A stretch of DNA of 63,309 bases, counting the filler, from Conidiobolus incongruus B7586 (Eukaryota), in NCBI GenBank assembly GCA_000697335.1. It is 5 parts of 5 records of this genome, joined end to end, with 100 filler letters (N's around TTAATTAATTAA, not from the genome) between each part and the next. Parts side by side here need not be neighbours in the genome. Positions count along the whole stretch, not along the records: positions 31,719 to 62,055 come from JNEM01007219.1; positions 62,156 to 63,309 come from JNEM01007224.1; 3 more parts are not named here. One strand, 5' to 3'. Numbering within the stretch: the first letter of the stretch is position 1; each line of letters opens with the position of its first letter. The notes under the pieces are model-generated. The model was not told where the DNA came from and ran no database searches. It saw only the letters and a list, made by a program, of their open reading frames with translations. The translations under genes and the position numbers were made by a program. Of the stretch, positions 54,967-63,309 are shown piece after piece.

Positions 54967-55659
54967 ATTAATTTATTCATTTGTAATTACACGCACATTC
55001 CAAGTTATTAAATACTTAATTTTAATATTAAGTTTATAAAATCCCCATTTCATTTGAATATTTCTTTGATTTATCAATATCAAACTTTAATCATATTTTA
55101 AGACTGAATATTGTAATTTTATTTGTTATTTAAATAATTAATTCATATTTTAATTTTGTTTGATTAATTAATCTTTTCTAATACTTATATGATTCACATT
55201 TTAATATATGTTATCATATTTTTAATGAATTTAGTTTTTATTAGTTGTTGTTTATATATTTTATTATTTTAGGAAGATTTTGGTTAATACATTATCTTAG
55301 ATATATTCTGTATTAATTATTTTAATTTTATTAAATTAAATTATTAAAAGTATTTTTTTTCAAAATATTTCATGATTTATTAAATTTTGATTGAATTTTA
55401 TAAGATGAATTTTAATGAAATTAATATATTTTTTATTAAAAATTGAATAAAATTGTATTCAAGCAAAAAACTGTAATTTTTAATTTTTCAAAACATCTTA
55501 ATATATAAGTGAATGATTTTTAAGAGATATTAAAAAATTAATAATTTTAGAATAATTATATACTTAAAATAGTATTGATTAATATTAAAAATTAAATCAA
55601 TATGATTTTTTTTAAAATTATTTTCACAATAAAAATTAAATAAAATTTTAATAAATTAT

Positions 55660-56968
55660 TACCTTAAATTTAAAAAAATAAGAAATTTTTTAATTTTTGA
55701 TTTTTTAAATATATTATTAGTTTGAAATAAATAAATATATATAAAGTTAATAGGAAATTATATATTCTTAATATATATATATATATATAATAATTTTTTT
55801 GATTAAAAAAATAATTTTTTAAAATTAGTTGTTTAATTCAATTATGTTTAAATTAAATAGTAATCATCAAAAGATTTTTATTTTAGTATTAGTAAAACTT
55901 AACTATAAGCTATTTAAAATAATTTAAAATTTACAAGAAGTTTTTAATAATAAAACATTATTTAAATCAACAATTTATTATTAAGTAAATTACTTTAAGG
56001 TTAAAAAAGAAATTATCTAAAACTTATTAAAATCTAAAAAATTAACTTTAACTATTATTCTTTTAATTGTTAATAGAGTGAAAAAATATATTGAAAAGTA
56101 CTTTTTTATTTTAGTTAAAAAATTATTTAAGTACTTTAATATTAATTTTACAAGTATTTTATATATATTAAAGTTTAAATTCAAATTAATAAATAAAAAT
56201 ATAAAATAGGTACTTTATAATTTAACTAAAGCTTAAAAAAAGTTAGAGTAGTTATTATTAAATAAAACTTACTAAAATATTATTAGAAGCTTAAACTTTT
56301 ATAGTAAATAATTACAATTAATGAATCTTAGATTTTTATATATAATCTTTTATTAAAACACAAATCAAGATGCTAGATTATATTAAATTAACTTTTTTTA
56401 TAAATTCTTTTAAATAAACATTTTGTTAATAAGCAAATATTAATTATTATAATAGATTATAATAGTATATGCTATTTTTATTTAGTTTTTGAAGGAAAAT
56501 CAATTAATAATAAACTTTATATTATTTTTTTAAATAAAAGTATTTTTAATTAGTGTTTTTAATATAATTTGAGAAAACTTATTATTTTATATAATAATTG
56601 TAAAATTCATAAATTTAAAGCTATAAAAAACTTTTTAATTAAAAACAACTAGAAAAAACTACCACATCTAGTATATTCTTTAGATTATAACCTATGTAAT
56701 TATAATTGCTTTAAGCAATTAAAAAACTAGCTTACAAGAAAGAAAATTTCTACAGGAAAATTTAATTGGTTTGTGAAACATCAAATTTCAGTCCTTAATA
56801 AAAAGAACTATTTTTTAAGTGTTAGATCTTTGTTAAAAGTATAGCAAAAAGTTATTAATAATAAAAGAAACTATTAAATTTATATTATATATTTATTTTT
56901 ATATATTATATATTAAAATATTTATTTATTTTCAATTGCAAAAAATTCCCATTATTAAAAATGCAGAG
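55660..56968 (+). mobile_element. Mariner (DD34D) transposon relic, copy 1, ~1.3 kb
   Basis: K*VLYNL at 56204-56224 (WVPHEL-like) and ITINES* at 56311-56331 (TxDExW-like). 56581-56877 is one frame: IILYNNCKIH...NN*KKLPHLVYSLDYNLCNY...LLKV*QKVINNKRNY*, matching HDN...WxxLPHPxYSPDxxPxDY...LPxxWQKV with 34 residues between the second and third D positions. The right TIR ends at 56968 followed by TA. The left TIR is degenerate near 55660. Confidence 0.88.
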
Positions 56969-57160
56969 TAATAAATTGATTGAAATATAAATAATCCCAT
57001 AATTAATTCATAAATTGGAATAAATTAATAAAAATAGGATTTAAACCCTGTCCTAAACATTATTTCTGAAAGAATAATCAACTGTGATATTATTTATTTT
57101 TTTTTCATTAAATCCACAAGTTATTTAATATTATTTGTTATATTATAAATTTAAATCATT

Positions 57161-57515
57161 ATGGTACACGCTACAAAAGGTAAATTTATTAACATGATTT
57201 GAATTATTTGGAATATTAATTAAGAAAAAATAATTTGAAGGAATTCTTGTAAAATGGTAATTTATAACTTATTTTTATCCTTCTAAAAATAATCAACTAT
57301 TCTAAAATAGCGATCCATCCGTCATGCAACTCATTAAAATGATTAACGATTCTTCTGGCGGCATCTATATCGTGCAAGAGTTAGACAACCAGAATATTTT
57401 CTTGAATGCCGACAAATTACACGAACTTAAAAACTATGTTGGTAAAGAGTTGGATAAACAGACATATAGGGAGGGTATAGAGCAATCCACTTTTAAATTT
57501 AATAGGAAGAATTAA
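57161..57515 (+). CDS. TFB5: TFIIH subunit Tfb5/TTDA (3 exons)
   Basis: Exons 57161-57179, 57241-57256 and 57311-57515 splice to MVHATKGILVKCDPSVMQLIKMIND...YIVQELDNQNIFL, matching the Tfb5 pattern KGxLxxCDP...IxxELD. Confidence 0.85.
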
Positions 57516-57789
57516 TATGATTTATTTTTTGTAATAAAGATGACTATGTATGAATTAGGTTTGGTATTTGTGATTTGTGAAATAAGATTGGTTATTGAAT
57601 AAAGTATATTTTAACTTATTGATAAATATATTAAATATCAATGGGTCATTAACCTTCAATTTCATATTATTTAAACTTTAACTATTCATTCACAAAATAA
57701 TATATGATCTAGAAAACACTGTATTGAGTCATTTGAATTATTTTGTTTACTATTATATTCCTCATTAAGACTTCCTGTCCCTTCTTTAT

Positions 57790-58660
57790 AATACAGCATC
57801 AGCTGATCCTTCCAACCAAACAGATGAGCAAAATCGTAACAAGCATCGTACCAGTCGCTTTAACTGAAGATTATATTTTGTCGATATGGTTCTCTCAGAT
57901 AGAGGTAGGAAGGACTTGAAGTACCCAAATAGTTCACGTTATTGATGAGTAATCTGGGTATATTTGGATCCAGATTCATTGATAAAATTGCAAATATAAG
58001 GTACCTGAGTGCAGTGCTAATAATGATTAATAAATCACACTTTTCCAATTCCTATAAGTTAGTATTCCTATCAATTAGATATTAGTTAAGTCGTTACATA
58101 CTTAATATATGATTCCACACTAATTGATAATTCATTTTTAGATCAAGTTATATCAGGTTTTATTTAAGCAAAATGTTCACTATTATTGCACAATATAATT
58201 TTTCCATGGTATTTTTTTATCTATTCAAAAAATGAATTGATATAATTAGATCATTCAATCCGAATCATTTTACCTTTACCAAGATTAATATTCTTGTATT
58301 CGTGACTACGAATCCACTTGCCAGTTTAAAAAGTCCCTTCCATGTGAACAACGTATGCATTATGCATCCCTGTCAAATATTCCTAATTATAAAAGTCTTG
58401 GGTAAGATTCACCGTTATTAAATCATGATAAAGTTAATAAAATGATGATTTAAAGAAGGATAAAAACTTGGTTATACATATGCTTAACTAAATTCAAAAA
58501 CAAACAGGATATTTTCAAAATATTTCTTTGAACAAAATCCCGTCGACTTTGAGCAATTCTTTCTTCATTAAATTTTGATTTAATTTAGTTTCCAGCGAGT
58601 TAAAATCTAGGATACCCTAACTTATCGATTTGCCGGTATCTGGTAACATGATGTTATTCT
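57790..58660 (-). pseudogene. Decayed sirtuin (HST2-like) tandem duplicate
   Basis: Minus-strand fragments occur in the same order as in the intact neighbour: GILDF (GIPDF), YPSLNHHFI (YPSLCHYFI), NLTQDF (NYTQNI), KPDIT (KPDIV) and KCDLLIIISTAL...IPRLLIN ([12 protein letters not shown]...VPKLLIN). The fragments lie in different frames and are interrupted by stops. Confidence 0.75.
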
Positions 58661-60133
58661 TCGCTTTTTCTTCTTTAATCAATTTGAAGATTGGGTTTGA
58701 AGTTTGCAATTAAAATAATCCAATTTACAATTGATCCTTGAATTATTTAACTAAGTTGCATCAAATTTTAACTATTCAAACAAAAATTTTCTATTCGTCA
58801 ATAATTCCTCCAAAAATAATAGTTAGTTGATTATTTGAGGTTATATATTTTCCTGACATTCTTTAATATTACAAATTTTGCTTTGTAGTGACTTGGTTTC
58901 ATTTGAATGGATTATTTGCAAATTAATATAATATCCTGTTATTTATTAAGAATTTTTTTAAATATAACACTATAAGATTCTATTTATTTAATCTAATTTT
59001 TATAAATTTAACAAGAATGAGATTGAATTATTAGAATCCAGGAGGTTTAAATAATGTATTAAATTGAATTCAATATTAAATCATATTAAAAATTCTTCTG
59101 AATAATGCTTAATTTTTGAAACAGTAACATATTTGAAAAAAGATAAAAAAATTTGAACAATTAGAAAAAATAAATTCTAACTTATTTAGTATTACGGCTT
59201 TTTCAAGTTTTTATTATATTACAAAAAATAATTTTAAGATTTTGTAGTTGTCATTCTCAAAAGATTACTTTTCTTATATTTAATTATAAATTTTTGAAAA
59301 TTAAAATTTATAATATTTTGATTGAGTATTCATTCTTTAATATTTACAAATATAATACTATAAAATGAAATAAAATATTATTTGTTAAAATTATTTTTAT
59401 GTAAGTTTATGTATATATACATTTAACTGATGTTTAAAAAGCTATAACTTTTTAATACTTGCTTCCGATAGTCAATTATTTCAATTGTATGTTTTTTAAA
59501 TTTTTAGTTAAGTTGATATTAATTTAATTAATCATATTTGATGAGTTTACTCGTTATTGTTTTGAAACTATCACATTGATCTAATAACATTTTCACTTTA
59601 GCTGTAATTAAATCAATCTAGCGTATTTATTTTTACAAAGTATCAATTTGATATATATATATTATTCTTTGAAATTTGAGAATATTTTAAACGATATTAA
59701 AACGATCCAATTTGAAAGATCGGTACATAACTCGAAGTTAAGACCAATCCATTAACAGACTGAATCTTTCTCATGGTTTGATTCAAGTGAGAATCGAATC
59801 CTGGTTATGCATTTCCATTAAGAGTTGATATACCATTTTATCAATTGACTGATGGGACTCGATATTAATACTTAAATATTATTAATGAAATCAATACAAA
59901 ATCCATAAATATGCTAAACTGAGATTATCGAAAAATAACAAAAATAAATTGTAAATAGATAATTGAAATTAATATCCATATCCATTGTAGTTTAAAATAT
60001 TGTAAATAATTATTGTTAAAAATAAAAAAATTAACTGATTAATACATTAAAATTTTTTAAATTGATAGTGATTCGATGGTCAGTTTATTAATTTGAAATG
60101 AAAATGGTTAGTATTTTTCTATTAATAAGCTGT

Positions 60134-61480
60134 CTATTCGTCAACTTTTAATTCGCCTAGAGCTTGAGCTAATTCGTCATCAGAATTATCCTCATCCTTA
60201 GCTTTATCTGTATCATTATTATCATCATATGTAAAAATTTCAATACTATCAGTGTGGCTCTTATACAGCTGTATCAATTCATCCTTCCAACCCAATAGGT
60301 GGCACAGAGCATAAACGGCATCGTCGCAATTACTCCTGCAGAAGTAGCGATTCTCTTTTGACCCTTTTTTAGATCGGAGACTGAAGAAGGGACTAGGAGA
60401 TTCGAAAGAGTTCTCCAAATTGATTAAGAGTTTGGGGACGTGAGATTCTACTTCATTAATGAGACTTGCAAAAGGTTGAACTTTCAAACTTGTGCCCATT
60501 ATGATTAAAAGGTCGCATTTTGGGAAATCCTAGAATCTTGAATTAATACTATATGGTTTCCAATAATAATTATATATTACAGATTTGATCGATGAAAAAA
60601 ATTTCGTAGGCATCGATTCTCCGAAGAAGACGATATCAGGTTTGACTAAACCTTCGCAATCTTCACATTTTGGAATTTTTTTGGAAAATATTAGATCTAA
60701 TTAATATCATTAATAATTTGTAATGAATTAAATGTGCAGAAATCTTACTCTTGACAGTATTGGTATCCACCTGCTTCCTACAATCGATACAGCTAGAAGT
60801 ATGAAACGATCCATGCGCCTCCACAATAAATTCATCCTCAAGACCTGCCAAACGTTCAAGCCCATCGATATTTTGGGTATAATTCCTAACCATCAAGCCC
60901 TTAGAACTCAACAGTCGGATGAAGTAGTGACACAAACTCGGATAGAATTTCCCAGGGTACAGTTCCCTCACCAGTTCGAAAAAGGGATAAGGATTTTCCT
61001 GAAAATATTCGATACAAAAAATGTCTTCAGCCATTGGTAAATTGTACTTTTGGAGATTGTGATATAATCCGGTCTTTGGCGACCTGAAGTCGGGTATTCC
61101 GCAACTCGTAGAAATCCCAGCACCCGTTAATACAATAATATTTTTCACTTTATCATCTTTTATTAGGTTGGCAATAGGTTCAAGAGATTCCAAAGTGGTA
61201 GGGTCTAAATTAAAAGTTGTTGAAGGTTTTTTAATCTAAATAATAATGAATATAAAAAATAATTGAATCATAATTAATGGTTATTATACTTTGATATTTT
61301 CTTCAATAATATCTAAAATTTAATAATTAATATTATTAATATTGAATTAAAAATATTAAGTTACTTTTAGTTTCTTCAATAATTTCTTCTTTAATTTTAG
61401 AATTACCTAATAATTAAATTTTATCAAATTATTATATTTTATTATTATTTCTTTTTTATAATGGAATTACTTGAACTCAT
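60134..61480 (-). CDS. HST2: NAD-dependent deacetylase, class I sirtuin (Hst2/SIRT2-like; multi-exon)
   Basis: [48 protein letters not shown] and [13 protein letters not shown]. The 5' microexons 61471-61480, 61365-61406 and 61290-61312 splice in frame to the exon starting at 61235. Confidence 0.92.
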
Positions 61481-62756
61481 AATTTTAATATTTTTAAAAA
61501 TTAAATTATTTATAATTTATATTACTGAATAGATTTGAATTAGTTAATAGTGAATAATTGGATAATATAAAATTATGGGATTATTCTTAATTTTTAAATT
61601 TTTAACTAATTTGATCAAAATTTATTTGATTTTATATAACGTTCTAAATATTTGTAAAATATAGCCCTTTTTTAATATAGGGTATTAAATCTAGTCATAT
61701 TTACTCTAAATTATTAATAGTCTGATTACATAGAGCTTTAGATATAATTTATCTAGTTATTCTAAATATATCGGTATTCTTTTTATAAAGGCATAAAAAA
61801 TTCAAATAATAAAATACGTTCCATTTATTTAAATTATTATAACTTATAAGAATATATTCAAACTTATGTAATTTTATAGAATTCTTTAACTCAAGACATT
61901 ATAAATAATATTAAAGTGTCTTTAATTATGTTATAATCTTTTCAATAATAAAGAATTAAAAATTAAAATTAATGTTTTTTTAAATTATTAATTATAATAT
62001 ATATATATATAAATAAAATATTAGAAGAATATATTAATATTTGCAATTATTATATNNNNNNNNNNNNNNNNNNNNNNNNNNNNNNNNNNNNNNNNNNNNT
62101 TAATTAATTAANNNNNNNNNNNNNNNNNNNNNNNNNNNNNNNNNNNNNNNNNNNNCATGAATTAATAATAATAATGATAATATTTTAATATTTAATTAAT
62201 TGACATAGTCTAAGATTATAAATATTATTATAATTTATAGTAATTATATAGCAAATTATTAAATTACTATTAACTCTCAGTATTGATTGTAATTCATATT
62301 TTACAGTTAAATTTAAAACTTCTAAAGTGTCAAATTTTTATAATAATATTAATTTTTAATATTTTTTCTTTTTAGTATTTATATAAAAATTTAAACCCAA
62401 TATTTATTATATTACCAAAATATTATACTCAAGGGTATTATTCATAAAATTTAATAATTTTATTGAACTTATTTGAAAGCTATTGTTTTAATAAAATAAA
62501 TATAATTATCAAAATTATTATTGTCAAATATTTAAATTTTTATATAAAAATTATAACTTTACTCAGTGAAAAGCTTTTTAATATGAAAATATTTTAAGAA
62601 TAATGTATAATGAGCTACTAATCTCATAAATATATGTGATTTTGAAATTATTTTGATCAATTTTGATTATATTTAGGATTTCTTTATTTAATTGAAATTA
62701 TAAAACTAGTGAGTGTTAAAATTGGCATAAAATAAATATATACATATATTTATATA

Positions 62757-63099
62757 TATCAGGGCTTAAAATTTGAGCCTTTGTTTCACCAGGGTTTAAG
62801 GTGATAGTCTCATATCAGTTATTGCTTTATATCTTATTTTTCAATCAATGATTTGATGGTAATTTGTATTTCAAATATAATTATAACAGGGCAATGTATA
62901 CAAGTTGTTTCAATGTGAACAGTGTGGGAAAAAGTCCTTGTTTATTTGGCAATGGTTCCCATTTTTATATGTAAAAGTTGGTGAGGGTTCAGAGGTAAAA
63001 TTAGACAAGATAAGATCAAGTAGATAAAAGAGATAAGATAAGGTAAGCAGATATGATTGACAGTGTCACGATGATGACAAAGTGATCTGATCTATGACA
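62757..63099 (-). repeat. 3' LTR of chromovirus element
   Basis: On the minus strand the PPT GAGGGGAG is directly followed by TGTCATAG at 63099. TATA-like and AATAAA signals lie inside. The distal end is inferred at TATCA (62757, a probable G>A variant of TGTCA), where GC content drops. Confidence 0.6.
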
Positions 63100-63105
63100 C
63101 TCCCC

Positions 63106-63309
63106 TCAGATTGAGGTGTCCTTATTAGGAGACGCTCTAATCTTTGAATGCTTCTCAGCGTAGGCATGATAGGCATTGGTCTTTTTAACGCTATTATAGC
63201 GTTCCCAAGTAGCTTCATTTTTAGGGTATCCTTTCCATTGGACGAGGTATAGATCTTGGTTATAATAGCGTCTATGGCCGAGGATTTTATCGACGATGAA
63301 AGGATGATC
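63106..63309 (-). mobile_element. Chromodomain-bearing C-terminus of a Ty3/gypsy (chromovirus) pol; continues beyond window
   Basis: Open frame DHPFIVDKILGHRRYYNQDLYLVQWKGYPKNEATWERY...SI* is a canonical chromodomain, followed by a PPT and LTR. Confidence 0.9.

Noticed and set aside
13019..56968. Apparent giant 44-kb inverted repeat or composite transposon
   Set aside because: Simply two dispersed mariner copies in opposite orientation. The enclosed genes are ordinary housekeeping genes.

Overview
Very AT-rich eukaryotic DNA from a fungus. Fungal-type MDM31 and END3 genes, ~50-60 nt GT-AG introns and extreme AT-richness suggest an early-diverging lineage such as Zoopagomycota, but this is inference only. 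Four 100-nt scaffold gaps each carry an artificial TTAATTAATTAA linker. Host genes: an ML/NPC2-domain secreted protein, the Nup98-Nup96 precursor, an ATF/CREB-type bZIP factor, a zeta-crystallin quinone oxidoreductase, MDM31, a DUF4097-like membrane protein, MED6, END3, dynein light chain, the PP4 catalytic subunit, VPS27, TFB5, an HST2/SIRT2 sirtuin with an adjacent decayed duplicate, and two tRNA-Ala genes. The apparently empty AT-rich DNA between genes holds recognisable DNA-transposon relics: Tc1 DD34E with a nested MITE, two copies of a mariner DD34D, and a two-gene PIF/Harbinger element with perfect TIRs. Over long stretches their reading frames stay collinear, but the motifs are wrecked almost entirely by C>T/G>A transitions (catalytic D>N, W>stop, P>L, G>R/K). 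By contrast, a Ty3/gypsy pol and a chromovirus 3' end are intact. The best candidate for an undescribed system is therefore a RIP-like, repeat-directed hypermutation defence in what is probably a non-Dikarya fungus. Secondary candidates are an animal-type mariner and a possible intron-based Nup98-only isoform.
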